Origin: Isorropodon fossajaponicum endosymbiont JTNG4
GTDB taxonomy: Bacteria; Pseudomonadota; Gammaproteobacteria; PS1; Pseudothioglobaceae
DNA: 32,000 bases
Direction of reading: 5' to 3'
Assembly: GCF_016592615.1 (NCBI RefSeq)
Contig: NZ_AP013043.1
Location: 1,350,001 to 1,382,000 of the forward strand
In this document: one piece after another, positions 12,075 to 22,579 of the stretch
Layout of the letters: every line of letters begins with the position of its first letter
Position numbering within the stretch: the first letter of the stretch is position 1
The notes under the pieces: generated by a model
Database searches by the model: none
Told to the model about the DNA's origin: nothing
Seen by the model: only the letters and a program-made list of their open reading frames with translations
Position numbers and translations under genes: made by a program

Positions 12075-12493
12075 CGCACTAACACCACGCTAAGATTAAT
12101 GGTTTCTTTGTCATCATTAACAACAAAATTAGCCTCTGTAAATGTTGGCTTACCAAAGCTACCAATAACATTATTTGAAAATCCATAACCTTCATTGGGC
12201 ACACCAAAAAAATTGGTACTTAGTTCATTATTATTATCCTCATCGTGAAATATAGAAAGAGCATAAGTACCAGGCTCAACGCTATTAATGGTTATTTTAT
12301 GACTCAAGGCTGATACTTTCTTTCTAGCACTAAAAACACTACTTGGCTTATCATTTTTATCATAGGTATCTTCAGTATCAAGCACAATTGACAATTGACC
12401 TATGATAGGTTTGATATTGTTAATAGTTACTTCAATATTAGCAGCGTAGGATAGTGTTGAGCCGAGCAATAATATAGGTATTATTTTCTTCAT
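12071..12493 (-). CDS. DUF2141 domain protein with signal peptide
   Basis: 140-aa ORF with the leader MKKIIPILLLGSTLSYA and the motif FFGVPNEGYGFSNN typical of DUF2141. Confidence 0.7.
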   Translation of the reverse strand: MKKIIPILLLGSTLSYAANIEVTINNIKPIIGQLSIVLDTEDTYDKNDKPSSVFSARKKVSALSHKITINSVEPGTYALSIFHDEDNNNELSTNFFGVPNEGYGFSNNVIGSFGKPTFTEANFVVNDDKETINLSVVLVR

Positions 12494-12662
12494 TTCATTT
12501 TCCTTTATTTGAAAAATGATAGTCTAATTACTTTGTTTAATTGTTTGAAACAAACAGATAAAGGGTCGTTCTTTAGGACGAACGAGTGGTTTAGAAATCT
12601 TTGATCGGAAAAGCTGACGGCCTTCTGTCTTTTGGTGTTATTGTGTATTTGTGTGTAACAAA

Positions 12663-12715
12663 CCAAGACATGAGTAGGGGGTCATGTCTTGGATGGCAAG
12701 GTGGGTAAACACCTT
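12663..12715 (-). terminator. Tandem hairpins downstream of tsf (candidate rpsB-tsf terminator)
   Basis: There is a perfect 11-bp stem, CCAAGACATGA (12663-12673) with TCATGTCTTGG (12682-12692), around an 8-nt loop. On the minus strand it is followed by TTTGTT. A second 6-bp hairpin, AAGGTG/CACCTT, lies at 12698-12715. Confidence 0.45.
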
Positions 12716-12727
12716 TTTTAATTAATA

Positions 12728-13606
12728 CTAGCCTTGAATTTGTGCCATGACTTCATCAGCAAAGTTCTCTTCTTTCTTTTCTATGCCTTCGCCAACTTCA
12801 AATCGCACAAAAGACTTAACTTGTGCATTATTTGATTGTGTAAGTTTGCCTATTGTTGTGCCAGGGTCTTTAACAAAAGATTGGCCATATAGCGTCACTT
12901 CATTTATAAATTTTTTCATACGACCAACAATCATTTTTTCAATGATATTGTCTGGTTTTCCTGATTCTTTGGCTTGCTCAACAAAGATTGCTTTTCCCCT
13001 TTCTAGAAGGTCTGTAGATAATTCTGCTTCAGTAATGCATTCTGGTTTGCTGGCCGCAATATGCATTGCGATGTCTTTTGCTAGCGCTTCATCGCCACCT
13101 TCTAATACCGTTACTACAGCAATACGCTCGCCATGCTTGTACACGCCAATGACGCCATTATCAGTTGTGATTGTTTGCACACGTCTGATTGCAATATTTT
13201 CACCTACTTTTGCAATGATGTCCTCACGTGCTTTTTCTAATGAGTCGCCATTATCCAGTGTTTGAGATAAAAATTCTTCAATATTAGCAGGTATTGTTTT
13301 AAGTGCCAGCGCGCCTAGCATATCAACAAAACCAATAAAAGCATCGCCTTTGGTAACAAAATCAGTTTCAGAGTTAACTTCTAAAATAGTGACTGTTTTC
13401 TTGTCAGCACTAATATTAACTTTAACCAAGCCTTCAGCTGCAACACGACCTGCTTTTTTAGCAGCTTTGGCAGCACCTGAGGTGCGCATTAAGTCAATAG
13501 CTGCTCCCATGTCGCCATTGGTTTCAGTTAAGGCCTGTTTGCAGTCCATCATGCCTGCGCCTGTTCTTTGTCTTAATTCTTTAACTAAAGAGGCTGTAAT
13601 TACCAT
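12728..13606 (-). CDS. tsf: Elongation factor Ts
   Basis: 292-aa ORF MVITASLVKELRQRTGAGMMDCKQAL..., downstream of rpsB. Confidence 0.97.
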   Translation of the reverse strand: MVITASLVKELRQRTGAGMMDCKQALTETNGDMGAAIDLMRTSGAAKAAKKAGRVAAEGLVKVNISADKKTVTILEVNSETDFVTKGDAFIGFVDMLGALALKTIPANIEEFLSQTLDNGDSLEKAREDIIAKVGENIAIRRVQTITTDNGVIGVYKHGERIAVVTVLEGGDEALAKDIAMHIAASKPECITEAELSTDLLERGKAIFVEQAKESGKPDNIIEKMIVGRMKKFINEVTLYGQSFVKDPGTTIGKLTQSNNAQVKSFVRFEVGEGIEKKEENFADEVMAQIQG

Positions 13607-13677
13607 AATTAATCTCCTGTTTGTATTGCACCTTTACCGCTTATAAGTAACAAAGATGTATTAATCAATGCGTTGAA

Positions 13678-14625
13678 CTATGCAAGTTTTTCGATAATTT
13701 GCGCCTTAGTGTCGGTATTGTTAATAGTGACACCTTGTGTTTCAGCGTAAGCAACTAAGTCAGCTTTTTTCATTGCATTGAGAGCTGTTTTATTTAGCAT
13801 TTCAGGCTTGTCTTTCTTAATGGGCGTAGGCGCTTTTTTGACGGTCTCTTCTTTTACTAGCGGTTGTTCAACAGGTGCTTTTTTGGTGGCTAGTTTTTTA
13901 GTTTCTGGCTTTTTGACCGAAACTTTTTTCTCAAGTGAAGCGCCAGTGGCAGCTTTGGCTTCTAAAATAGCATTTGCAATTTCTCTTGCGTAATAGCCAA
14001 TCGCTCTGATGGAGTCATCATTACCAGGGATAACATAATCAATGCCTTCAGGGTTGTGGTTGGTGTCTACAATACCAATAATGGGTAAGTGTAGTTTTTT
14101 AGCTTCTGCAACTGCATTTTTTTCAACACCAATGTCAATCACAAAGACAACATCTGGAATGCCACCTAAATCTTTAATACCGCCAAGGCTACGCTCTAGT
14201 TTTTCCATTTCACGCGTCATCATCAGCGCTTCTTTTTTGCCAAATTGATTAAAATTTTCTTCTGCTAAAAACTCAAGGTCTTTTAGGCGTTTAATAGAAG
14301 CTTTAATGGTTTTGTAGTTCGTCATCATGCCACCTAACCAACGGTGATTAACGTATGGCATGCCACAACGTATGGCTTCTTGTTTGATGATATCGCTCGC
14401 TGCTCTTTTTGTACCTACAAATAAAATTGATCCACCGGCTGCTGTAGTTTTGCTTGCAAAGTTAAGTACATCATTAAACAAGGGCAGTGTTTTTTCTAAG
14501 TTGATAATATGAACGCCGTTACGAGTGCCGTAAATAAAGCGTTCCATTTTTGGGTGCCAGAAACGAGAACGATGACCAAAGTGTACACCAGCTTCTAGCA
14601 TTTTTTTCATTGACGTTTTTGCCAT
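13678..14625 (-). CDS. rpsB: 30S ribosomal protein S2 with ~75-85 aa C-terminal extension
   Basis: The 315-aa ORF has an S2 core ([10 protein letters not shown]...[24 protein letters not shown]) ending near residue ~228. A Lys/Pro-rich linker and a helix-hairpin-like tail follow. Confidence 0.97.
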   Translation of the reverse strand: MAKTSMKKMLEAGVHFGHRSRFWHPKMERFIYGTRNGVHIINLEKTLPLFNDVLNFASKTTAAGGSILFVGTKRAASDIIKQEAIRCGMPYVNHRWLGGMMTNYKTIKASIKRLKDLEFLAEENFNQFGKKEALMMTREMEKLERSLGGIKDLGGIPDVVFVIDIGVEKNAVAEAKKLHLPIIGIVDTNHNPEGIDYVIPGNDDSIRAIGYYAREIANAILEAKAATGASLEKKVSVKKPETKKLATKKAPVEQPLVKEETVKKAPTPIKKDKPEMLNKTALNAMKKADLVAYAETQGVTINNTDTKAQIIEKLA

Positions 14626-14745
14626 TATATTTTCTCCATGGGTTAATAAAGCGCCTATTGACGCCTTCTTCCACAGCTTCTACCAGTCAACTCTTTTGCA
14701 AGAGCACCCTGACTAATATGTCGAGCTGCGTGATACATTAAAACA

Positions 14746-14825
14746 AGTCAGGGCGTCTGACTTAAAGTCAGACGCCCTGACTCAACTTTTGAATCTATTG
14801 TGATTTAGAGTTACAACAGATTCAA
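14746..14825 (-). terminator. Candidate rpe terminator: 12-bp hairpin followed by a 17-bp perfect palindrome
   Basis: AGTCAGGGCGTCTGACT (14746-14762), TAA, then AGTCAGACGCCCTGACT (14766-14782) form a perfect 17-bp stem. On the minus strand the stem is followed by TGTTTTAA. An upstream hairpin pairs 14789-14800 with 14814-14825 (11/12 matches). Confidence 0.55.
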
Positions 14826-14870
14826 TAAAGCGAAGAATTATACCAAAAACGGGCCAACCCTTCAAGTTAA

Positions 14871-15542
14871 TTAAGCCTTAGCAAGCTCCACACGCATTGC
14901 ATCAATGGTCGCCTTGTAATCATCAGTGCTGAAGATTGCAGAGCCAGCAACAAATGTATCTGCACCAGCTTCAGCTACTTCACGAATGTTGTCAATTTTT
15001 ACACCACCATCAACCTCTAAACGAATATCCCTGCCGCTTGCATCGATCAGTTTTCTGACTTCACGACATTTTTCCAATGTATGAGGAATAAAAGACTGTC
15101 CGCCAAAACCAGGGTTAACTGACATTAATAAAATAATGTCTAGTTTGTCCGTGACGTTTTCTAATACGTGCAGTGGTGTTGCGGGATTAAATACTAGGCC
15201 AGCCTTACAACCCCCTTCTTGAATCATACTTAGTGTTCTATCAATGTGCTCCGATGCTTCTGGATGAAAAGTAATATATGATGCGCCAGCTTTAATAAAA
15301 TCAGGAATAATTCTATCAACAGGCCTCACCATTAAGTGAACATCAATTGGCGCACTAACGCCATGACTTCTAAGCGCTTCACACACCAGGGGACCGATGG
15401 TTAAATTTGGCACGTAGTGATTGTCCATGACGTCAAAGTGGACGATGTCTGCGCCATCTCTAAGCACATTGTCAACTTCTTCACCTAGTCTGGCAAAGTC
15501 TGCTGCAAGAATCGAAGGGGCAATAAAATTAGCTTGTTTCAT
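14871..15542 (-). CDS. rpe: Ribulose-phosphate 3-epimerase
   Basis: 223-aa [19 protein letters not shown]...[14 protein letters not shown]...[13 protein letters not shown]. Confidence 0.97.
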   Translation of the reverse strand: MKQANFIAPSILAADFARLGEEVDNVLRDGADIVHFDVMDNHYVPNLTIGPLVCEALRSHGVSAPIDVHLMVRPVDRIIPDFIKAGASYITFHPEASEHIDRTLSMIQEGGCKAGLVFNPATPLHVLENVTDKLDIILLMSVNPGFGGQSFIPHTLEKCREVRKLIDASGRDIRLEVDGGVKIDNIREVAEAGADTFVAGSAIFSTDDYKATIDAMRVELAKA

Positions 15543-15579
15543 GAGTTTCTCCTTGTACGGGGTTAGTCTTATTGTTATT

Positions 15580-17118
15580 TTACTTAAAAGTTAATAAACT
15601 ATTACCAGTCATTTCATCTGGCTTTTCAATATCCATCATTGCTAATAAGGTTGGTGCAATGTCTGATAATGCACCTTTTTCTGGTTCGGCAATGTCTGCT
15701 TTACGCTCACTAACAAAGATTAAAGGCACCGGGTTGTTGGTGTGTGCTGTATGCACTTCGTGAGTTTGTGGGTTAATCATTTGTTCTGCATTGCCATGAT
15801 CAGCGGTGATTAGTATCTCGCCACCAATGGCAAACATAGCTTTATGAATAATGCCTAGGCAACTATCAACGGTTTCAACAGCCTTAATGGTAGCGCCTAG
15901 TTTGCCAGAATGCCCCACCATGTCGGTGTTGGCAAAATTGCAAATAATCAGATCATATTTCTGGCTTTCAATACTTTCAACCAATGCATCTGTTAGTTCA
16001 AATGCGCTCATTTCAGGTTGTAGGTCATAAGTGGCAACATCGGGTGAAGGAATTAGTATGCGGTCTTCGCCATTAAAAGCTTGCTCAACACCACCATTGA
16101 GGAAAAAAGTGACGTGTGCATATTTTTCAGTTTCAGCAATTCTAAGTTGGGTCATACCTAAATTTGATAAATATTTGCCCAGAACATTGTTCAGTTTAGA
16201 AGGCGGGTAAGCCACTGGCAGGTTGAAGTCTTTTTTGTACTCAGTTAGACAAACAAATTGAGTTGGGACGAATGTTCCACGTGAAAACCCTTGAAGGTCC
16301 TCATCAGTAAAAGCGCGTGTAATTTGCCTAGCACGATCTGCACGATAATTCATAAAAATTAACACATCGCCTTTTTTAATTGAGGTCGGTACTTTAATTG
16401 AGGTTGATTGGATGAATTCATCGGTTTCACCGCGCGCGTATGCTAATTCAACAGCATGTAGGGCAGATTGGGCTAAAAACTTCGCCTTGCCTTTGGCGAT
16501 AAGCTCATAAGCACAACGAATGCGTGACCAGCGATTGTCTCGATCCATTGAAAAGTATCGGCCAATAATGCTAACAATTTCTCCTGTACCAAGGGCAGCC
16601 ATTTTGGTTTCAAGTTTTTGAATGTATTTTTCAGCACTTTTTGGCGCACAATCTCTGCCGTCTGTAAATAGATGTAAGTAGACGTTTTTACAGCCTTGTT
16701 TGTGTGTCATTTCTAACATAGCATGGATTTGCTCTTCGTGCGAGTGTACTCCGCCATCAGATAAAAGCCCCATAATATGAACCGCCTTGTTATTGTCATT
16801 TGCGTATTCTAATGAGTTTTTTAAAATTGGGTTTCTAAAGAAGTCGCCATTTTGAAGTTCGTTACAAATGCGAGTAAAGTCTTGTTTCACAGTGCGTCCT
16901 GCGCCCAGATTAAGATGCCCCACTTCTGAATTTCCCATTTGCTCGCCAGGCAGGCCAACGTCTTTGCCACTGGTGTGGATTAAAGAGTGTGGAAAGGTTT
17001 GGTTTAATTTATCCCAAATCGGGGTATTTGCTAGTGCAATAGCATTGTTTTGGGTGGTTTCAGAATGCCCCCAGCCGTCTAGAATTAATAATAATTTTGT
17101 TTGTTTTTTAGATTGCAT
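15580..17118 (-). CDS. gpmI: 2,3-bisphosphoglycerate-independent phosphoglycerate mutase
   Basis: 512-aa [11 protein letters not shown]...[14 protein letters not shown]...TADHGNAE. Confidence 0.97.
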   Translation of the reverse strand: MQSKKQTKLLLILDGWGHSETTQNNAIALANTPIWDKLNQTFPHSLIHTSGKDVGLPGEQMGNSEVGHLNLGAGRTVKQDFTRICNELQNGDFFRNPILKNSLEYANDNNKAVHIMGLLSDGGVHSHEEQIHAMLEMTHKQGCKNVYLHLFTDGRDCAPKSAEKYIQKLETKMAALGTGEIVSIIGRYFSMDRDNRWSRIRCAYELIAKGKAKFLAQSALHAVELAYARGETDEFIQSTSIKVPTSIKKGDVLIFMNYRADRARQITRAFTDEDLQGFSRGTFVPTQFVCLTEYKKDFNLPVAYPPSKLNNVLGKYLSNLGMTQLRIAETEKYAHVTFFLNGGVEQAFNGEDRILIPSPDVATYDLQPEMSAFELTDALVESIESQKYDLIICNFANTDMVGHSGKLGATIKAVETVDSCLGIIHKAMFAIGGEILITADHGNAEQMINPQTHEVHTAHTNNPVPLIFVSERKADIAEPEKGALSDIAPTLLAMMDIEKPDEMTGNSLLTFK

Positions 17119-17149
17119 TAGTAATGATTTGTACCAAGGTTAAATAAGT

Positions 17150-18238
17150 TTATACATTAAACAAAAAGTGTATCACATCGCCATCTTGAACAATATATTC
17201 TTTGCCTTCTGAGCGTAATTTTCCAGCCTCTTTTGCGCCTTTTTCACCACTAAACTCAATAAAATCAGAAAATGCAACGGTTTGGGCGCGAATAAAACCT
17301 TTTTCAAAATCACCGTGAATTTTTCCAGCGGCTTGCGGGGCGCTATCACCAGTGTTAATTGTCCATGCGCACACTTCTTGTACGCCAGCGGTAAAATATG
17401 TTTGTAGTCCTAATAATTGATATCCCGCTTTAATTAATCTGTCCAGCCCTGATTCACTTTGCCCCATTTCAGATAAAAATTCTTGCTTCTCATCTTTGTC
17501 TAATTCGGCAATTTCAGCCTCAGCCTCAGCGCAAATGGCAACGGTTTGCGCATTTTCGCTGTGGGCAAATTTTTCTATTATTTCCAAGTAAGCGTTATCA
17601 ATAAAGCCGTCTTCGCTTACATTGGCAACGTATAAGACAGGCTTAATAGTGAGCAGCTGGAAGCCTTTTAGTAGTTTTAATTCTTCCTCGTCAAACGAGA
17701 GTGTGCGGACACTGTTTCCTTGTTCAAGTACAGGTAATATTTTTGCCAATAGGTTTTTAAGAGGGACGCCATCTGTTTGACCTGACTTGGTGTTTTTAAG
17801 GGCTCTCTGATACAGTTTTTCAACCACATCCAAGTCAGCTAAAATAAGCTCAGTGTTGATAATTTCAATATCATCAAGTGGTGAAACCTTGCCTGATACG
17901 TGAATAATATCATCATCAAAGGCGCGAACGACGTGGATAATGGCATCTGTTTCACGGATGTTGGTTAAAGATCGATTGCCTAGTCCCTCGCCTTTTGAAG
18001 CGCCTTCAACCAATCCAGCGATGTCAACAAACTCCATTGTGGTGGGTAGAATTTTTTGAGGATTAACAATTTTTGCCAACTCATCTAAGCGTGAGTCATT
18101 AATAGGCACAATGCCAACATTTGGTTCAATTGTACAAAAAGGGTAGTTGGCAGACTCAATGCCAGCCTGAGTTAATGCATTAAATAAGGTTGACTTTCCA
18201 ACATTTGGCAAGCCTACTATGCCACATTTAAATCCCAT
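17150..18238 (-). CDS. ychF: Ribosome-binding ATPase YchF
   Basis: 362-aa [26 protein letters not shown]...FCTIEPN, with a C-terminal TGS-like end. Confidence 0.97.
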   Translation of the reverse strand: MGFKCGIVGLPNVGKSTLFNALTQAGIESANYPFCTIEPNVGIVPINDSRLDELAKIVNPQKILPTTMEFVDIAGLVEGASKGEGLGNRSLTNIRETDAIIHVVRAFDDDIIHVSGKVSPLDDIEIINTELILADLDVVEKLYQRALKNTKSGQTDGVPLKNLLAKILPVLEQGNSVRTLSFDEEELKLLKGFQLLTIKPVLYVANVSEDGFIDNAYLEIIEKFAHSENAQTVAICAEAEAEIAELDKDEKQEFLSEMGQSESGLDRLIKAGYQLLGLQTYFTAGVQEVCAWTINTGDSAPQAAGKIHGDFEKGFIRAQTVAFSDFIEFSGEKGAKEAGKLRSEGKEYIVQDGDVIHFLFNV

Positions 18239-18261
18239 TTTTTATCATCCCTTTAAATTAC

Positions 18262-18837
18262 TTATTCTTTTGTGTGTAAAGTTTTCATGACCTTGTCAAA
18301 GTTGCCTTTAATCATACCTTCAATGACTTGCAGCGAATCACTCAAAGCGTCTTGTATTTTTTCTAATTCGCCCTTACTGGGTGCGTGTAGTACAAAGTTA
18401 GCCACTTGTGATTTATCATCTGGGTGACCTATGCCAATTCTTAGTCGGTGAAACGCCTTAGTATCCAAGGCTTTAATAGTGTCTCTTAAGCCATTATGTC
18501 CGCCATGACCACCACCTGATTTAATTTTTGCAATGCCAGGGCTGATGTCTAGTTCATCATGTACAACCAATATTTCATCGGCATTAATTTGATAAAAATT
18601 AGCAATACTCTGAATAGATTGTCCCGAACAATTCATAAATGTAGTGGGCTTGAGCAGTCTAACGCTGCAGCCGGGTATATTAATCTGGGCAACTTCGCCC
18701 AAAAACTTAGCTTCTTTTTTAAAATGACCAGTATATAGGTGAGCTAAAGCCTCACAGAACCAGAAACCCACGTTATGACGATAAGACTGATAGCCTTTGC
18801 CTGGATTGCCCAGACCGACAATCAGTCTTATCGTCAT
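18262..18837 (-). CDS. pth: Peptidyl-tRNA hydrolase
   Basis: 191-aa ORF LIVGLGNPG..Y..RHNVGF...GGHGGHNGLRD. Confidence 0.95.
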   Translation of the reverse strand: MTIRLIVGLGNPGKGYQSYRHNVGFWFCEALAHLYTGHFKKEAKFLGEVAQINIPGCSVRLLKPTTFMNCSGQSIQSIANFYQINADEILVVHDELDISPGIAKIKSGGGHGGHNGLRDTIKALDTKAFHRLRIGIGHPDDKSQVANFVLHAPSKGELEKIQDALSDSLQVIEGMIKGNFDKVMKTLHTKE

Positions 18838-18854
18838 GTTGGTTTCGGTTTAAA

Positions 18855-19532
18855 TTATGAATCTGGTTTATCTTTATCAGTGTCACTGTTCTCGGTATTT
18901 TCATCTTCAGCGTCTTCAGCAATAATAGGCGCTTCTTCTTCAATTTCGGCCATTTTTCTAGGCTCTTGAACGGCAACAACGCTTTGATCGTGTGCTTCAA
19001 TATCGCCATGTGTTAGTGCGGTAATAACCACGCCTTTTGGCATGTTAAGACCTGTCAAACTAATATGTTCGCCCATTGTAAGGTTGCTGATGTCTACATC
19101 AATAGCGTGAGGCAAGTCTGTTGGCAGGCAAGAAACCTCAACTGAAGTAACAAATTGGTTAAGAATTGCACCTAGACGCATTGCTTCGTTATTTTCCTCG
19201 CCATTAAAGTGTAGAGGGATGCTAGTGACAATTGCTTGTTTTAAGTTAATGCGCAGAAAGTCAACATGAGTGATGATGTTTTTAGCAGGATGACGTTGTA
19301 AATCTTTAATAATAACTGCTTTTTTTTTCTTATCAATCATTAAATCAAGTACTGAAGTGTAAGACTCCTCGTTTTCTAATAGGTGGGTAATTTCAAAAAC
19401 ATCTAAGGTGATATTACTAGGGGCTTTGCCAACGCCATAAACAATAGCAGGGATTTTATGATTGCGACGTAGGCGGCGGCTCGCACCTTTACCTTGATCG
19501 TCTCTTGTTAAAGCGCTAATTGTTAAACTCAT
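18855..19532 (-). CDS. rplY: 50S ribosomal protein L25/general stress protein Ctc form
   Basis: 225-aa ORF with LRRNHKIPAIVYG and an acidic C-terminal tail. It occupies the conserved rplY-pth-ychF position. Confidence 0.9.
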   Translation of the reverse strand: MSLTISALTRDDQGKGASRRLRRNHKIPAIVYGVGKAPSNITLDVFEITHLLENEESYTSVLDLMIDKKKKAVIIKDLQRHPAKNIITHVDFLRINLKQAIVTSIPLHFNGEENNEAMRLGAILNQFVTSVEVSCLPTDLPHAIDVDISNLTMGEHISLTGLNMPKGVVITALTHGDIEAHDQSVVAVQEPRKMAEIEEEAPIIAEDAEDENTENSDTDKDKPDS

Positions 19533-19683
19533 GTTGATACTCCAAAAAAATAAAAAAACACCGCAACGGGCGCTACTATATAAAAGATATATTTTGCGAC
19601 CAAATATATTAAGGGATTATTTTACCCGAAAACCCAGCTAAAAGTAAAACAACAAGTTTCTATATTTGAATTAGAAAAACTGT

Positions 19684-21288
19684 CTATCTAGACTTAAGCC
19701 AAAATATTAAAGCAACAATACTACTGAGCAAACTTGTCAGCCAAAACGCATTAACCGCTAAAACACCGCTAAGAATAGCCAAAGCGCCAGCAAAAATAGC
19801 AGAGGTTTGCCTATTTGCATTGTCTTTGAGTTGGTTAACAATACTATCGGTTTGCTGAGCATAAAGACGCCCCATGTCTTTCATTTTGTTTAATTGTTTG
19901 AGTGCGTTAATAGTCAGGGCAGGTAACTCTGGCATGTCTTTTAGGAGTTGTGGCACTTGGTCTTTTATTTTTTCAAAGGTATTTTTCACGCTATATTTCT
20001 CTTTAACTAAATCTTCTAAAAACGGTTTTGCGGTTGTCCATAAATCAAGTTGTGGATATAACTGCCTGCCAAGTCCTTCAATATTTAACAAGGTTTTGTC
20101 TAATAATAACAGTTGCGGTTGAATAGTGATGTCAAAATTTTTAGCTTCTTGAATAAGCTCAAGCAACACCTGGCCAAAAGAGATTTTCCCTAGGGGCTTT
20201 TCAAACATGGGTTCGCAAATTCTTTTAACAGCGGCTTCAAAGGCGGATATGTCTGTTGCTGGACCTATCCAGCCAGAGTCAATGTAGGTTTGTGCTACTT
20301 TTTTGTAATCTTGGTTAAAAAAAGCCAGAAAAATATCCGCTAGAAAGTCTTTGTCAGCCTCGGTAAGCGTACCCATGATACCAAAGTCAACCCCTATATA
20401 TTGTCCATTAGTATTGACAAAAATATTACCAGGGTGCATATCAGCATGGAAAAAATTATGCTTAAAAACCTGAGTGAAGAAAATAATCACACCTTCTTCT
20501 GCCAATCGTTTCATGTCGATATGATTGGCTTTTAGTTGTTTGATGTCACCTACTGGAATGCCATGAATGCGCTCAGTAGTTAGAATGTTCTTATGACATA
20601 AGCTTGAGTAAACTTTTGGAATGTAAAGCAGGTTTGAATTTTTAAAATTTTCGCCAATTCTTGAACAGTTTTTGGCCTCAATGCGCATGTCTAGCTCATT
20701 TAGGATAATGCCTTCAAACTCTGCCACAATCTCTATAGGGCGTAGTTTTTTACTAATCGGATGTTTATTAAATAGCCTTGCTAAGGCGTACATTAGTTTA
20801 ATATCACGCTTGATGGCTTTATTGATATCTGGCCTGACCACCTTAACCACCACTTCATGGTCATCATTTGTTAGTGCAGTGTGCACTTGGGCAATTGAGG
20901 CTGAGGCTAGAGGCTCAATATCAAAGCGTTTAAATAAATTTTCAGTGGGCGCGCCTAGTGATTGTTCAATAATTTGCTTGGCCTTTATTGGGTCAAAAGC
21001 GGGGCAGTTGTCTTGTAATTTTGCTAATTCATTGCCAATATCCTCTGGCAGCAAATCACGCCTAGTAGAAAGTGTTTGCCCAAATTTGATAAATATAGGG
21101 CCTAGTTCTTCTAGTGCTATGCGAATACGCTCGCCTCGCGTGTATTTTTTAACGGGAAAGTAATGCCAAGGAATGAGATACACCAAAGGCTTGAAACTTT
21201 TCAGTAGTGGTGTTGATAGCACCAAGGAATCAAGGCGATAGCGCATCAAAACACGAGAAATTTTAATAAATCTTAGAAGGCTGTGCAT
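19684..21288 (-). CDS. ubiB: UbiB (ABC1/ADCK-type kinase-like ubiquinone biosynthesis protein)
   Basis: 534-aa ORF with ASASIAQVH and FHADMHPGNIFV motifs plus two C-terminal transmembrane helices. It follows ubiE-ubiJ. Confidence 0.93.
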   Translation of the reverse strand: MHSLLRFIKISRVLMRYRLDSLVLSTPLLKSFKPLVYLIPWHYFPVKKYTRGERIRIALEELGPIFIKFGQTLSTRRDLLPEDIGNELAKLQDNCPAFDPIKAKQIIEQSLGAPTENLFKRFDIEPLASASIAQVHTALTNDDHEVVVKVVRPDINKAIKRDIKLMYALARLFNKHPISKKLRPIEIVAEFEGIILNELDMRIEAKNCSRIGENFKNSNLLYIPKVYSSLCHKNILTTERIHGIPVGDIKQLKANHIDMKRLAEEGVIIFFTQVFKHNFFHADMHPGNIFVNTNGQYIGVDFGIMGTLTEADKDFLADIFLAFFNQDYKKVAQTYIDSGWIGPATDISAFEAAVKRICEPMFEKPLGKISFGQVLLELIQEAKNFDITIQPQLLLLDKTLLNIEGLGRQLYPQLDLWTTAKPFLEDLVKEKYSVKNTFEKIKDQVPQLLKDMPELPALTINALKQLNKMKDMGRLYAQQTDSIVNQLKDNANRQTSAIFAGALAILSGVLAVNAFWLTSLLSSIVALIFWLKSR

Positions 21289-21290
21289 GG

Positions 21291-21830
21291 CTAACTGTTT
21301 TTATATTTGTATCGTTCAGATTTAGTTGGACTGATTAACAAGGTAGACAGTCCGTTTTTAATTATCTCAAGTGGGTTGTTTGATTCCATGCTGGCGGGGT
21401 TGAGTTTTTTCGTTAGTTTTCCAAATTGGTTAGCAATTATATCGCCTGTGTATTTTGATGCTATTTCTTCTAGGTCAATATCAACTTCTTTTAGTAAATC
21501 AACCAATAATTGAGCGGTTTTAACATCACCATGAATACTAATTTTATCTTGTCTAAGCAGTTCAGCTAGGTCTTCACCATGAAGTAAAGATATAAACACC
21601 ATAGATTTGAGCTTAATATCAACGTCTGTGGGTTTGTCAGTGACGGACAAAACAAATACTCGGTCATTGGCACATACAAAGTGTACATCCAATAGTAAGT
21701 CTTGCAAAGAAACGCCAATCGTTTTGCCATTAAGCGCGCTTATGTCAACTTCGCCATTAATAATTAAGCAGTTTAACGCCTGCTCAAGGATAACGGTTTG
21801 CTTATGCCAGAAAATTGCAAACAGCTGCAT
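21291..21830 (-). CDS. ubiJ: SCP2-domain ubiquinone biosynthesis accessory factor UbiJ-like
   Basis: 179-aa ORF between ubiE and ubiB with a central ISIHGDVKTAQLL segment and a C-terminal GDIIANQ, as in UbiJ. The call rests mainly on synteny. Confidence 0.65.
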   Translation of the reverse strand: MQLFAIFWHKQTVILEQALNCLIINGEVDISALNGKTIGVSLQDLLLDVHFVCANDRVFVLSVTDKPTDVDIKLKSMVFISLLHGEDLAELLRQDKISIHGDVKTAQLLVDLLKEVDIDLEEIASKYTGDIIANQFGKLTKKLNPASMESNNPLEIIKNGLSTLLISPTKSERYKYKNS

Positions 21831-21836
21831 CGGATT

Positions 21837-22577
21837 TTATACTTTAATGCCTTTATGCAAGGCAACAATGCCACCTGATAAATTATGATATTCGCAAAAA
21901 TAAAAGCCTGCATCTAGCACCATGTCTTTAAGGGTTTCTTGGTTTGGATGTTTGCGGATTGATTCAGCTAAATATTGATACGAAGCCTCGTCATCAGCAA
22001 TAATACCACCAAGTTTTGGCATAATATTGAATGAATAAAAGTCGTAGAATTTTTTTAATAATGCAGAATCGATTGTTGAAAACTCTAAAATTAACAAACA
22101 GCCACCAGGCTTCAAAATACGATACATTTCTTTGAGTGCTTGGTCTTTATCAGTCACGTTTCTAAGGCCAAAAGCAATGCTGACACAATCAAATGTATTG
22201 TTACCAAAGGGTAGGCATTGCGCATTGAGTTGCACAAATTCAACGCCAAAAACACCTTTGTTGATTAAGTTCTTACGACCCTCATTCAGCATAGCGGCGT
22301 TAATATCACTTAATATGACCTGCCCATTATCACCCACTTTTTTCCTAAATTTAATGGCTAAATCACCCGTACCACCAGCAATGTCTAGTACTTTGTCGCC
22401 AGCCTTAACGTTACTTGAAGCAATCGTATAACGCTTCCAAAGACGGTGCGCACCAAAGGACAAGATATCGTTCATTAAGTCATATTTACTTGCGACAGAG
22501 TTAAAAACATCCCTAACCAAACTTTGTTTATCGTTTGTGGCAACCTGCTTGAATCCAAAATGCGTGGTATTTTCCAT
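21837..22577 (-). CDS. ubiE: Ubiquinone/menaquinone C-methyltransferase UbiE
   Basis: 246-aa ORF THFGF...[18 protein letters not shown]...[11 protein letters not shown]... Confidence 0.95.
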   Translation of the reverse strand: MENTTHFGFKQVATNDKQSLVRDVFNSVASKYDLMNDILSFGAHRLWKRYTIASSNVKAGDKVLDIAGGTGDLAIKFRKKVGDNGQVILSDINAAMLNEGRKNLINKGVFGVEFVQLNAQCLPFGNNTFDCVSIAFGLRNVTDKDQALKEMYRILKPGGCLLILEFSTIDSALLKKFYDFYSFNIMPKLGGIIADDEASYQYLAESIRKHPNQETLKDMVLDAGFYFCEYHNLSGGIVALHKGIKV

Positions 22578-22579
22578 GA

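Noticed and set aside
12540-12660. A possible small RNA in the spacer between DUF2141 and tsf (hairpin TCGTTC..GAACGA near 12556-12577).
   Set aside because: I saw only a short 6-bp hairpin. There are no promoter/terminator pair and no recognisable RNA family features.
12747-13265. Long plus-strand ORF (172 aa) antisense to tsf. Similar antisense ORFs occur at 20672-21163 (ubiB), 8852-9280 (kdsD), 5827-6240 (fusA), 22132-22431 (ubiE) and 23010-23285 (citrate synthase).
   Set aside because: These are shadow ORFs fully inside well-supported genes on the other strand. They have low-complexity Ser/Thr/Leu-rich translations, no recognisable motifs and no start-site signals.
14626-14745. A possible S2-autoregulatory rpsB leader structure upstream of rpsB.
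   Set aside because: The ~120-nt leader length is plausible for the known gammaproteobacterial rpsB leader. I could not recognise its conserved pseudoknot by eye, and a covariance-model scan is needed.
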